A stretch of 64,000 nt of DNA from the human T2T-CHM13v2.0 reference genome, Homo sapiens. Each line of letters starts with the position of its first letter. Within the stretch, counting starts at the first letter, position 1. Both the position numbers and the translations under genes were made by a program. Positions 13,681 to 28,237 of the stretch are shown here, piece after piece. Location: NCBI RefSeq assembly GCF_009914755.1, contig NC_060936.1; one strand, 5' to 3'. The notes under the pieces were generated by a model that was not told the origin of the DNA, searched no databases, and worked only from the letters and a program-made list of their open reading frames with translations.

Positions 13681-16030
13681 GGTCCAAATATCTGCTTGCA
13701 GACTTTACAGACAGAGTTTTTCCAAACTGCTCCATCAAAAGAAAGGTTAAACTCCTTGAGTTGAACACACACATCACAAAGTAGTTTCTGTGAATGATTC
13801 TGTCTAGTTTTTATACGAAGATGTTTCCTTTTCTACCTTTGGTCTCAATGCGATTGAAATCTCCACATGGAAACTCCAGAAAAAGAGTGTTTCAAATCTG
13901 CTCTTTCTGAAGGAAGGTTCAACTCTGTGAGTTGAATACACACACCACAAATAAGTTACTGAGAATTCTTCTGTGTAACATTATATGAGGAAATCCCGTT
14001 TCCAACGAAGGCCTCAAAGAGGTCCAATTATCCACTTGCAGACTTACAAAGACAGTGTCTCCAAACTCCTCCATCAAAAGAAAGGTTATACTCTGTGAAT
14101 TGAACGCACACATCACAAAGTAGTTTCTGAGAATGATTCTGTCTAGTTTTTATACGAAGATATTCCCTTTTCTACATTTGGCCTGAAAACGCTTGAAATC
14201 TCCACCTGCAAATATCACAAAAAGAGGGTTTCACATCTGCTCTGTCTAAAGGACAGTTCACCTCTGTGAGTTGAATAGAGGCAACACAAAGAACTTACTC
14301 AGTATTCTTCTTTCTAGCGTTGTATGAAGAAATCCCGTTTCCAACGAAGGCCCCAAAGAGGTCCAAATATCTGCTTGCAGACTTTACAGACAGAGTGTTT
14401 CCAAACTACTCTATGAAAAGAAAGCTTAAACTCCTTGAGTTGAATGCACACATCACAAAGTAGTTTCTGAGAATGATTCTGTCTAGTTTTTATACGAAGA
14501 TGTTTCCTTTTCTACATTTGGTCTCAAAGCGATTGAAATCTCCAACTGGAAACTGCACAAATAGGGTGTTTCAAATCTGCTCTGTCTAAAGGAAGGTTCA
14601 ACTCTGTGAGTTGAATACACACACCACAAATAAGTTACTGAGAATTCTTCTGTCGAACATTACTTGAAGAATCCCGTTTCCAACGAAGGCCTCAAAGAGG
14701 TCCAAATATCCACTTGCAGACATTACAAACAGAGTGTTTCCAAACTGCTCCATCAAAAGAAAGGTTAAACTCTGTGAGCTGAACACACACATCAAAAAGA
14801 AGTTTCTGTGAATGATTCTGTCTAGATTTTATAAGAAGATGTTTCCTTTTCTACCGTAGGACTCAAAGCGCTTGAAATCTCCAGCTGCAAATTCCACAAA
14901 AAGGGTTTTTAACATCTGCTCTTCTAAAGGAAAGTTCAACTCTATGAGTTGAATACACACAGCACAAAGAAGTTACTGAGACTTCTCCTATCAAACATTA
15001 TATGAAGAAATCCCGTTTCCAACGAAGGCCTCAAAGAGGTCCAAATATCTGCTTGCAGACTTTAAAGACAGAGTTTTTCCAAACTGCTCCATCAAAAGAA
15101 AGGTTAAACTCCTTGAGTTGAACACACACATCACAAAGTAGTTTCTGTGAATGATTCTGTCTAGTTTTTATACGAAGATGTTTCCTTTTCTACCTTTGGT
15201 CTCAAAGCGATTGAAATCTCCACATGGAAACTCCACAAAAAGAGTGTTTCAAATCTGCTCTTTCTGAAGGAAGGTTCAACTCTGTGAGTTGAATACACAC
15301 ACCACAAATAAGTTACTGAGAATTCTTCTGTGTAAAATTATATGAGGAAATCCCGTTTCCAACGAGGGCCTCAAAGAGGTCCAAATATCCACTTGCAGAC
15401 TTTACAAAGACAGTGTCTCCAAACTCCTCCATCAAAAGAAAGGTTATACTCTGTGAATTGAACGCACACATCACAAAGTAGTTTCTGAGAATGATTCTGT
15501 CTAGTTTTTATACGAAGATATTTCCTTTTCTACATTTGGCCTAAAAGCGCTTGAAATCTCCACCTGCAAATATCACAAAAAGAGGGTTTCACATCTGCTC
15601 TGTCTAAAGGACAGTTCACCTCTGTGAGTTGAATAGAGGCAACACAAAGAACTTACTCAGTATTCTTCTTTCTAGCCTTCTATGAAGAAATCCTGTTTTC
15701 AACGAAGGCCCCAAAGAGGTCCAAATATCTGCTTGCAGACTTTACAGACAGAGTGTTTCCAAACTACTCTATGAAAAGAAAGCTTAAACTCCTTGAGTTG
15801 AACGCACACATCACAAAGTAGTTTCTGAGAATGATTCTCTCTAGTTTTTATACGAAGATGTTTCCTTTTCTACATTTGGTCTCAAAGCAATTGAAATCTC
15901 CAACTGGAAACTGCACAAATAGGGGGTTTCAAATCTGCTCTGTCTAAAGGAAGGTTCAACTCTGTGAGTTGAATACACACACCACAAATAAGTTACTGAG
16001 AATTCTTCTGTCGAACATTACTTGAAGAAA

Positions 16031-19000
16031 TCCCGTTTCCAACGAAGGCCTCAAAGACGTCCAAATATCCACTTGCAGACATTACAAACAGAGTGTTTCC
16101 AAACTGCTCCATCAAAAGAAAGGTTAAACTCTGTGAGCTGAACACACACATCAAAAAGAAGTTTCTGTGAATGATTCTGTCTAGATTTTGTAAGAAGATG
16201 TTTCCTTTTCTACCGTAGGCCTCAAAGCGCTTGAAATCTCCAGCTGCAAATTCCACAAAAAGGGTGTTTAACATCTGCTCTTCTAAAGGAAAGTTCAACT
16301 CTATGCGTTGAATACACACAGGACAAAGAAGTTACTGAGACTTCTCCTATCAAACATTATATGAAGAAATCCCGTTTCCAACGAAGGCCTCGAAAAGGTC
16401 CAAATATCTGCTTGCAGACTTTACAGACAGAGTGTTTCCAAACTGCTCCATCAAAAGAAAGGTCAAACTCCTTGAGTTGAACACACACATCACAAAGTAG
16501 TTTCTGTGAATGATTCTGTCTAGTTTTTATACGAAGATGTTTCCTTTTCTACCTTTGGTCTCAAAGCGATTGAAATCTCCACATGGAAACTCCACAAAAA
16601 GAGTGTTTCAAATCTGCTCTTTCTGAAGGAAGGTTCAACTCTGTGAGTTGAATACACACACCACAAATAAGTTACTGAGAATTCTTCTGTGTAACATTAT
16701 ATGAGGAAATCCCGTTTCCAACGAAGGCCTCAAAGAGGTCCAAATATCCACTTGCAGACTTTACAAAGACAGTGTCTCCAAACTCCTCCATCTAAAGAAA
16801 GGTTATACTCTGTGAATTGAACGCACACATCACAAAGTAGTTTCTGAGAATGATTCTGTCTAGTTTTTATACGAAGATATTTCCTTTTCTACATTTGGCC
16901 TAAAAGCGCTTGAAATCTCCACCTGCAAATATCACAAAAAGAGGGTTTCACATCTGCTCTGTCTAAAGGACAGTTCACCTCTGTGAGTTGAATAGAGGCA
17001 ACACAAAGAACTTACTCAGTATTCTTCTTTCTAGCGTTCTATGAAGAAATCCCGTTTCCAACGAAGGCCCCAATGAGGTCCAAATATCTGCTTGCAGACT
17101 TTACAGACAGAGTGTTTCCAAACTACTCTATGAAAAGAAAGCTTAAACTCCTTGAGTTGAACGCACACATCACAAAGTAGTTTCTGAGAATGATTCTGTC
17201 TAGTTTTTATACGAAGATGTTTCCTTTTCTACATTTGGTCTCAAAGCGATTGAAATCTCCAACTGGAAACTGCACAAATAGGGTGTTTCAAATCTGCTCT
17301 GTCTAAAGGAAGGTTCAACTCTGTGAGTTGAATACACACACCACAAATAAGTTACTGAGAATTCTTCTGTCGAACATTACTTGAAGAAATCCCGTTTCCA
17401 ACGAAGGCCTCAAAGAGGTCCAAATATCCACTTGCAGACATTACAAACAGAGTGTTTCCAAACTGCTCCATCAAAAGAAAGGTTAAACTCTGTGAGCTGA
17501 ACACACACATCAAAAAGAAGTTTCTGTGAATGATTCTGTCTAGATTTTATAAGAAGATGTTTCCTTTTCTACCGTAGGCCTCAAAGCGCTTGAAATCTCC
17601 AGCTGCAAATTCCACAAAAAGGGTGTTTAACATCTGCTCTTCTAAAGGAAAGTTCAACTCTATGAGTTGAATACACACAGCACAAAGAAGTTACTGAGAC
17701 TTCTCCTATCAAACATTATATGAAGAAATCCCGTTTCCAACGAAGGCCTCAAAGAGGTCCAAATATCTGCTTGCAGACTTTACAGACAGAGTTTTTCCAA
17801 ACTGCTCCATCAAAAGAAAGGTTAAACTCCTTGAGTTGAACACACACATCACAAAGTAGTTTCTGTGAATGATTCTGTCTAGTTATTATACGAAGATGTT
17901 TCCTTTTCTACCTTTGGTCTCAATGCGATTGAAATCTCCACATGGAAACTCCACAAAAAGAGTGTTTCAAATCTGCTCTTTCTGAAGGAAGGTTCAACTC
18001 TGTGAGTTGAATACACACACCACAAATAAGTTACTGAGAATTCTTCTGTGTAACATTATATGAGGAAATCCCGTTTCCAACGAAGGCCTCAAAGAGGTCC
18101 AAATATCCACTTGCAGACTTACAAAGACAGTGTCTCCAAACTCCTCCATCAAAAGAAAGGTTATACTCTGTGAATTGAACGCACACATCACAAAGTAGTT
18201 TCTGAGAATGATTCTGTCTAGTTTTTATACGAAGATATTTCCTTTTCTACATTTGGCCTGAAAACGCTTGAAATCTCCACCTGCAAATATCACAAAAAGA
18301 GGGTTTCACATCTGCTCTGTCTAAAGGACAGTTCACCTCTGTGAGTTGAATAGAGGCAACACAAAGAACTTACTCAGTATTCTTCTTTCTAGCGTTCTAT
18401 GTAGAAATCCCGTTTCCAACGAAGGCCCCAAAGAGGTCCAAATATCTGCTTGCAGACTTTACAGACAGAGTGTTTCCAAACTACTCTATGAAAAGAAAGC
18501 TTAAACTCCTTGAGTTGAACGCACACATCACAAAGTAGTTTCTGAGAATGATTCTGTCTAGTTTTTATACGAAGATGTTTCCTTTTCTACATTTGGTCTC
18601 AAAGCGATTGAAATCTCCAACTGGAAACTGCACAAATAGGGTGTTTCAAATCTGCTCTGTCTAAAGGAAGGTTCAACTCTGTGAGTTCAATACACACACC
18701 ACAGATAAGTTACTGAGAATTCTTCTGTCGAACATTACTTGAAGAAATCCCGTTTCCAACGAAGGCCTCAAAGAGGTCCAAATATCCACTTGCAGACATT
18801 ACAAACAGAGTGTTTCCAAACTGCTCCATCAAAAGAAAGGTTAAACTCTGTGAGCTGAACACACACATTAAAAAGAAGTTTCTGTGAATGATTCTGTCTA
18901 GATTTTGTAAGAAGATGTTTCCTTTTCTACCGTAGGCCTCAAAGCGCTTGAAATCTCCAGCTGCAAGTTCCACAAAAAGGGTGTTTAACATCTGCTCTTC

Positions 19001-22000
19001 TAAAGGAAAGTTCAACTCTATGCGTTGAATACACACAGGACAAAGAAGTTACTGAGACTTCTCCTATCAAACATTATATGAAGAAATCCCGTTTCCAACG
19101 AAGGCCTCGAAAAGGTCCAAATATCTGCTTGCAGACTTTACAGACAGAGTGTTTCCAAACTGCTCCATCAAAAGAAAGGTCAAACTCCTTGAGTTGAACA
19201 CACACATCACAAAGTAGTTTTTGTGAATGATTCTGTCTAGTTTTTATACGAAGATGTTTCCTTTTCTACCTTTGGTCTCAAAGCGATTGAAATCTCCACA
19301 TGGAAACTCCACAAAAAGAGTGTTTCAAATCTGCTCTTTCTGAAGGAAGGTTCAACTCTGTGAGTTGAATACACACACCACAAATAAGTTACTGAGAATT
19401 CTTCTGTGTAACATTATATGAGGAAATCCCGTTTCCAACGAAGGCCTCAAAGAGGTCCAAATATCCACTTGCAGACTTTACAAAGACAGTGTCTCCAAAC
19501 TCCTCCATCAAAAGAAAGGTTATACTCTGTGAATTGAACGCACACATCACAAAGTAGTTTCTGAGAATGATTCTGTCTAGTTTTTATACGAAGATATTTC
19601 CTTTTCTACATTTGGCCTAAAAGCGCTTGAAATCTCCACCTGCAAATATCACAAAAAGAGGGTTTCACATCTGCTCTGTCTAAAGGACAGTTCACCTCTG
19701 TGAGTTGAATAGAGGCAACACAAAGAACTTACTCAGTATTCTTCTTTCTAGCGTTCTATGAAGAAATCCCGTTTCCAACGAAGGCCCCAAAGAGGTCCAA
19801 ATATCTGCTTGCAGACTTTACAGACAGAGTGTTTCCAAACTACTCTATGAAAAGAAAGCTTAAACTCCTTGAGTTGAACGCACACATCACAAAGTAGTTT
19901 CTGAGAATGATTCTGTCTAGTTTTTATACGAAGATGTTTCCTTTTCTACATTTGTCTCAAAGCGATTGAAATCTCCAACTGGAAACTGCACAAATAGGGT
20001 GTTTCAAATCTGCTCTGTCTAAAGGAAGGTTCAACTCTGTGAGTTGAATACACACACCACAAATAAGTTACTGAGAATTCTTCTGTCGAACATTACAGGA
20101 AGAAATCCCGTTTCCAACGAAGGCCTCAAAGAGGTCCAAATATCCACTTGCAGACATTACAAACAGTGTGTTTCCAATCTGCTCCATCAAAAGAAAGGTT
20201 AAACTCTGTGAGCTGAACACACACATCAAAAAGAAGTTTCTGTGAATGATTCTGTCTAGATTTTATAAGAAGATGTTTCCTTTTCTACCGTAGGCCTCAA
20301 AGCGCTTGAAATCTCCAGCTGCAAATTCCACAAAAAGGGTGTTTAACATCTGCTCTTCTAAAGGAAAGTTCAACTCTATGAGTTGAATACACACAGCACA
20401 AAGAAGTTACTGAGACTTCTCCTATCAAACATTATATGAAGAAATCCCGTTTCCAACGAAGGCCTCAAAGAGGTCCAAATATCTGCTTGCAGACTTTACA
20501 GACAGAGTTTTTCCAAACTGCTCCATCAAAAGAAAGGTTAAACTCCTTGAGTTGAACACACACATCACAAAGTAGTTTCTGTGAATGATTCTGTCTAGTT
20601 TTTATACGAAGATGTTTCCTTTTCTACCTTTGGTCTCAATGCGATTGAAATCTCCACATGGAAACTCCACAAAAAGAGTGTTTCAAATCTGCTCTTTCTG
20701 AAGGAAGGTTCAACTCTGTGAGTTGAATACACACACCACAAATAAGTTACTGAGAATTCTTCTGTGTAACATTATATGAGGAAATCCCGTTTCCAACGAA
20801 GGCCTCAAAGAGGTCCAAATATCCACTTGCAGACTTACAAAGACTGTGTCTCCAAACTCCTCCATCAAAAGAAAGGTTATACTCTGTGAATTGAACGCAC
20901 ACATCACAAAGTAGTTTCTGAGAATGATTCTGTCTAGTTTTTATACGAAGATATTTCCTTTTCTACATTTGGCCTGAAAACGCTTGAAATCTCCACCTGC
21001 AAATATCACAAAAAGAGGGTTTCACATCTGCTCTGTCTAAAGGACAGTTCACCTCTGTGAGTTGAATAGAGGCAACACAAAGAACTTACTCAGTATTCTT
21101 CTTTCTAGCGTTCTATGAAGAAATCCCGTTTCCAACGAAGGCCCCAAAGAGGTCCAAATATCTGCTTGCAGACTTTACAGACAGAGTGTTTCCAAACTAC
21201 TCTATGAAAAGAAAGCTTAAACTCCTTGAGTTGAACGCACACATCACAAAGTAGTTTCTGAGAATGATTCTGTCTAGTTTTTATACGAAGATGTTTCCTT
21301 TTCTACATTTGGTCTCAAAGCGATTGAAATCTCCAACTGGAAACTGCACAAATAGGGTGTTTCAAATCTGCTCTGTCTAAAGGAAGGTTCAACTCTGTGA
21401 GTTGAATACACACACCACAGATAAGTTACTGAGAATTCTTCTGTCGAACATTACTTGAAGAAATCCCGTTTCCAACGAAGGCCTCAAAGAGGTCCAAATA
21501 TCCACTTGCAGACATTACAAACAGAGTGTTTCCAAACTGCTCCATCAAAAGAAAGGTTAAACTCTGTGAGCTGAACACACACATCAAAAAGAAGTTTCTG
21601 TGAATGATTCTGTCTAGATTTTATAAGAAGATGTTTCCTTTTCTTCCGTAGGCCTCAAAGCGCTTGAAATCTCCAGCTGCAAATTCCACAAAAAGGGTGT
21701 TTAACATCTGCTCTTCTAAAGGAAAGTTCAACTCAATGAGTTGAATACACACAGCAGAAAGAAGTTACTGAGACTTCTCCTATCAAACATTATATGAAGA
21801 AATCCCGTTTCCAACGAAGGCCTCAAAGAGGTCCAAATATCTGCTTGCAGACTTTACAGACAGAGTGTTTCCAAACTGCTCCATCAAAAGAAAGGTTAAA
21901 CTCCTTGAGTTGAACACACACATCACAAAGTAGTTTCTGTGAATGATTCTGTCTAGTTTTTATACGAAGATGTTTCCTTTTCTACCTTTGGTCTCAAAGC

Positions 22001-23179
22001 GATTGAAATCTCCACATGGAAACTCCACAAAAAGAGTGTTTCAAATCTGCTCTTTCTGAAGGAAGGTTCAACTCTGTGAGTTGAATACACACACCACAAA
22101 TAAGTTACTGAGAATTCTTCTGTGTAACATTATATGAGGAAATCCCGTTTCCAACGAAGGCCTCAAAGAGGTCCAAATATCCACTTGCAGACTTTACAAA
22201 GACAGTGTCTCCAAACTCCTCCATCAAAAGAAAGGTTATACTCTGTGAATTGAACGCACACATCACAAAGTAGTTTCTGAGAATGATTCTGTCTAGTTTT
22301 TATACGAAGATATTTCCTTTTCTACATTTGGCCTAAAAGCGCTTGAAATCTCCACCTGCAAATATCACAAAAAGAGGGTTTCACATCTGCTCTGTCTAAA
22401 GGACAGTTCACCTCTGTGAGTTGAATAGAGGCAACACAAAGAACTTACTCAGTATTCTTCTTTCTAGCGTTCTATGAAGAAATCCCGTTTCCAACGAAGG
22501 CCCCAAAGAGGTCCAAATATCTGCTTGCAGACTTTACAGACAGAGTGTTTCCAAACTACTCTATGAAAAGAAAGCTTAAACTCCTTGAGTTGAACGCACA
22601 CATCACAAAGTAGTTTCTGAGAATGATTCTGTCTAGTTTTTATACGAAGATGTTTCCTTTTCTACATTTGGTCTCAAAGCGATTGAAATCTCCAACTGGA
22701 AACTGCACAAATAGGGTGCTTCAAATCTGCTCTGTGTAAAGGAAGGTTCAACTCTGTTAGTTGAATACACACACCACAAATAAGTTACTGAGAATTCTTC
22801 TGTCGAACATTACTTGAAGAAATCCCGTTTCCAACGAAGGCCCCAAAGAGGTCCAAATATCTGCTTGCACACATTACAGACAGAGTGTTTCCAAACTACT
22901 CTATGAAAAGAAAGCTTAAACTCCTTGAGTTGAACGCACACATCACAAAGTAGTTTCTGAGAATGATTCTGTCTAGTTTTTATACGAAGATGTTTCCTTT
23001 TCTACATTTGGTCTCAAAGCGATTGAAATCTCCAACTGGAAACTGCACAAATAGGGTGTTTCAAATCTGCTCTGTCTAAAGGAAGGTTCAACTCTGTGAG
23101 TTGAATACACACACCACAAATAAGTTACTGAGAATTCTTCTGTCGAACATTACTTGAAGAAATCCCGTTTCCAACGAAG
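16031..23179 (-). promoter_or_regulatory. Run of 22 consecutive intact CENP-B boxes
   Basis: Every box from 16031 to 23163 reads TCCCGTTTCCAACGAAG. The flanking boxes at ~15691 (TCCTG) and ~23502 (TCCGG) have core substitutions. Confidence 0.85.
22803..23142 (-). repeat. Extra A/D hybrid dimer (340 bp), making 21444-23142 a 10-mer
   Basis: TCGA landmarks at 22803 and 23143 are 340 bp apart. An A head is followed by a D body (GGCCCC, TACTCTATG, AAGCTT). Confidence 0.92.
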
Positions 23180-26100
23180 GCCTCAAAGAGGTCCAAATAT
23201 CCACTTGCAGACATTACAAACAGAGTGTTTCCAAACTGCTCCATCAAAAGAAAGGTTAAACTCTGTGAGCTGAACACACACATCAAAAAGAAGTTTCTGT
23301 GAATGATTCTGTCTAGATTTTATAAGAAGATGTTTCCTTTTCTACCGTAGGCCTCAAAGCGCTTGAAATCTCCAGCTGCAAATTCCACAAAAAGGGTGTT
23401 TAACATCTGCTCTTCTAAAGGAAAGTTCAACTCTATGAGTTGAATACACACAGCACAAAGAAGTTACTGAGACTTCTCCTATCAAACATTATATGAAGAA
23501 ATCCGGTTTCCAACGAAGGCCTCAAAGAGGTCCAAATATCTGCTTGCAGACTTTACAAAGACAGTGTCTCCAAACTCCTCCATCAAAAGAAAGGTTATAC
23601 TCTGTGAATTGAACGCACACATCACAAAGTAGTTTCTGAGAGTGATTCTGTCTAGTTTTTATACGAAGATATTTCCTTTTCTACATTTGGCCTAAAAGCG
23701 CTTGAAATCTCCACCTGCAAATATCACAAAAAGAGGGTTTCACATCTGCTCTGTCTAAAGGACAGTTCACCACTGTGAGTTGAATAGAGGCAACACAAAG
23801 AACTTACTCAGTATTCTTCTTTCTAGCGTTCTATGAAGAAATCCCGTTTCCAACGAAGGCCCCAAAGAGGTCCAAATATCTGCTTGCAGACTTTACAGAC
23901 AGAGTGTTTCCAAACTACTCTATGAAAAGAAAGCTTAAACTTCTTGAGTTGAACGCACACATCACAAAGTAGTTTCTGAGAATGATTCTGTCTAGTTTTT
24001 ATACGAAGATGTTTCCTTTTCTACATTTGGTCTCAAAGCGATTGAAATCTCCATCTGGAAACTGCACAAATAGGGGGTTTCAAATCTGCTCTGTCTAAAG
24101 GAAGGTTCAACTCTGTGAGTTGAATACACACACCACAAATAAGTTACTGAGAATTCTTCTGTCGAACATTACTTGAAGAAATCCCGTTTCCAACGAAGGC
24201 CTCAAAGAGGTCCAAATATCCACTTGCAGACATTAAAAACAGAGTGTTTCCAAACAGCTCCATCAAAAGAAAGGTTAAACTCTGTGAGCTGAACACACAC
24301 ATCAAAAAGAAGTTTCTGTGAATGATTCTGTCTAGATTTTATAAGAAGATGTTTCCTTTTCTACCGTAGGCCTCAAAGCGCTTGAAATCTCCAGCTGCAA
24401 ATTCCACAAAAAGGGTGTTTAACATCTGCTCTTCTAAAGGAAAGTTCAACTCTATGCGTTGAATACACACAGCACAAAGAAGTTACTGAGACTTCTCCTA
24501 TCAAACATTATGTGAAGAAATCCCGTTTCCAACGAAGGCCCCAAAGAGGTCCAAATATCTGCTTGCAGACTTTACAGACAGAGTGTTTCCAAACTGCTCC
24601 ATCAAAAGAAAGGTTAAACTCCTTGAGTTGAACACACACATCACAAAGTAGTTTCTGTGAATGATTCTGTCTAGTTTTTATACGAAGATGTTTCCTTTTC
24701 TACCTTTGGTCTCAAAGCGATTGAAATCTCCACATGGAAACTCCACCAAAAGAGTGTTTCAAATCTGCTCTTTCTGAAGGAAGGTTCAACTCTGTGAGTT
24801 CAATACACACACCACAAATAAGTTACTGAGAATTCTTCTGTGTAACATTATATGAGGAAATCCCGTTTCCAACGAAGGCCTCAAAGAGGTCCAAATATCC
24901 ACTTGCAGACTTTACAAAGACAGTGTCTCCAAACTCCTCCATCAAAAGAAAGGTTATACTCTGTGAATTGAACGCACACATCACAAAGTAGTTTCTGAGA
25001 ATGATTCTGTCTAGTTTTTATACGAAGATATTTCCTTTTCTACATTTGGCCTAAAAGCGCTTGAAATCTCCACCTGCAAATATCACAAAAAGAGGGTTTC
25101 ACATCTGCTCTGTCTAAAGGACAGTTCACCTCTGTGAGTTGAATAGAGGCAACACAAAGAACTTACTCAGTATTCTTCTTTCTAGCGTTCTATGAAGAAA
25201 TCCCGTTTCCAACGAAGGCCCCAATGAGGTCCAAATATCTGCTTGCAGACTTTACAGACAGAGTGTTTCCAAACTACTCTATGAAAAGAAAGCTTAAACT
25301 CCTTGAGTTGAACGCACACATCACAAAGTAGTTTCTGAGAATGATTCTGTCTAGTTTTTATACGAAGATGTTTCCTTTTCTACATTTGGTCTCAAAGCGA
25401 TTGAAATCTCCAACTGGAAACTGCACAAATAGGGTGTTTCAAATCTGCTCTGTCTGAAGGAAGGTTCAACTCTGTGAGTTGAATACACACACCACAAATA
25501 AGTTACTGAGAATTCTTCTGTCGAACATTACTTGAAGAAATCCCGTTTCCAACGAAGGCCTCAAAGAGGTCCAAATATCCACTTGCAGACATTACAAACA
25601 GAGTGTTTCCAAACTGCTGCATCAAAAGAAAGGTTAAACTCTGTGAGCTGAACACACACATCAAAAAGAAGTTTCTGTGAATGATTCTGTCTAGATTTTA
25701 TAAGAAGATGTTTCCTTTTCTACCGTAGGCCTCAAAGCGCTTGAAATCTCCAGCTGCAAATTCCACAAAAAGTGTGTTTAACATCTGCTCTTCTAAAGGA
25801 AAGTTCAGCTCTATGCGTTGAATACACACAGCACAAAGAAGTTACTGAGACTTCTCCTATCAAACATTATATGAAGAAATCCCGTTTCCAACGAAGGCCT
25901 CAAAGAGGTCCAAATATCTGCTTGCAGACTTTACAGACAGAGTGTTTCCAAACTGCTCCATCAAAAGAAAGGTTAAACTCCTTGAGTTGAACACACACAT
26001 CACAAAGTAGTTTCTGTGAATGATTCTGTCTAGTTTTTATACGAAGATGTTTCCTTTTCTACCTTTGGTCTCAAAGCGATTGAAATCTCCACATGGAAAC

Positions 26101-28237
26101 TCCACCAAAAGAGTGTTTCAAATCTGCTCTTTCTGAAGGAAGGTTCAACTCTGTGAGTTCAATACACACACCACAAATAAGTTACTGAGAATTCTTCTGT
26201 GTAACATTATATGAGGAAATCCCGTTTCCAACGAAGGCCTCAAAGAGGTCCAAATATCCACTTGCAGACTTTACAAAGACAGTGTCTCCAAACTCCTCCA
26301 TCAAAAGAAAGGTTATACTCTGTGAATTGAACGCACACATCACAAAGTAGTTTCTGAGAATGATTCTGTCTAGTTTTTATACGAAGATATTTCCTTATCT
26401 ACATTTGGCCTAAAAGCGCTTGAAATCTCCACCTGCAAATATCACAAAAAGAGGGTTTCACATCTGCTCTGTCTAAAGGACAGTTCACCTCTGTGAGTTG
26501 AATAGAGGCAACACAAAGAACTTACTCAGTATTCTTCTTTCTAGCGTTCTATGAAGAAATCCCGTTTCCAACGAAGGCCCCAATGAGGTCCAAATATCTG
26601 CTTGCAGACTTTACAGACAGAGTGTTTCCAAACTACTCTATGAAAAGAAAGCTTAAACTCCTTGAGTTGAACGCACACATCACAAAGTAGTTTCTGAGAA
26701 TGATTCTGTCTAGTTTTTATACGAAGATGTTTCCTTTTCTACATTTGGTCTCAAAGCGATTGAAATCTCCAACTGGAAACTGCACAAATAGGGTGTTTCA
26801 AATCTGCTCTGTCTGAAGGAAGGTTCAACTCTGTGAGTTGAATACACACACCACAAATAAGTTACTGAGAATTCTTCTGTCGAACATTACTTGAAGAAAT
26901 CCCGTTTCCAACGAAGGCCTCAAAGAGGTCCAAATATCCACTTGCAGACATTACAAACAGAGTGTTTCCAAACTGCTGCATCAAAAGAAAGGTTAAACTC
27001 TGTGAGCTGAACACACACATCAAAAAGAAGTTTCTGTGAATGATTCTGTCTAGATTTTATAAGAAGATGTTTCCTTTTCTACCGTAGGCCTCAAAGCGCT
27101 TGAAATCTCCAGCTGCAAATTCCACAAAAAGGGTGTTTAACATCTGCTCTTCTAAAGGAAAGTTCAGCTCTATGCGTTGAATACACACAGCACAAAGAAG
27201 TTACTGAGACTTCTCCTATCAAACATTATATGAAGAAATCCCGTTTCCAACGAAGGCCTCAAAGAGGTCCAAATATCTGCTTGCAGACTTTACAGACAGA
27301 GTGTTTCCAAACTGCTCCATCAAAAGAAAGGTTAAACTCCTTGAGTTGAACACACACATCACAAAGTAGTTTCTGTGAATGATTCTGTCTAGTTTTTATA
27401 CGAAGATGTTTCGTTTTCTACCTTTGGTCTCAAAGCGATTGAAATCTCCACATGGAAACTCCACCAAAAGAGTGTTTCAAATCTGCTCTTTCTGAAGGAA
27501 GGTTCAACTCTGTGAGTTGAATACACACACCACAATAAGTTACTGAGAATTCTTCTGTGTAACATTATATGAGGAAATCCCGTTTCCAACGAAGGCCTCA
27601 AAGAGGTCCAAATATCCACTTGCAGACTTTACAAAGACAGTGTCTCCAAACTCCTCCATCAAAAGAAAGGTTATACTCTGTGAATTGAACGCACACATCA
27701 CAAAGTAGTTTCTGAGAATGCTTCTGTCTAGTTTTTATACGAAGTTATTTCCTTTTCTACATTTGGCCTAAAAGCGCTTGAAATCTCCACCTGCAAATAT
27801 CACAAAAAGAGGGTTTCACATCTGCTCTGTCTAAAGGACAGTTCACCTCTGTGAGTTGAATAGAGGCAACACAAAGAACTTACTCAGTATTCTTCTTTCT
27901 AGCGTTCTATGAAGAAATCCCGTTTCCAACGAAGACCCCAATGAGGTCCAAATATCTGCTTGCAGACTTTACAGACAGAGTGTTTCCAAACTACTCTATG
28001 AAAAGAAAGCTTAAACTCCTTGAGTTGAACGCACACATCACAAAGTAGTTTCTGAGAATGATTCTGTCTAGTTTTTATACGAAGATGTTTCCTTTTCTAC
28101 ATTTGGTCTCAAAGCGATTGAAATCTCCAACTGGAAACTGCACAAATAGGGTGTTTCAAATCTGCTCTGTCTAAAGGAAGGTTCAACTCTGTGAGTTGAA
28201 AACACACACCACAAATAAGTTACTGAGAATTCTTCTG

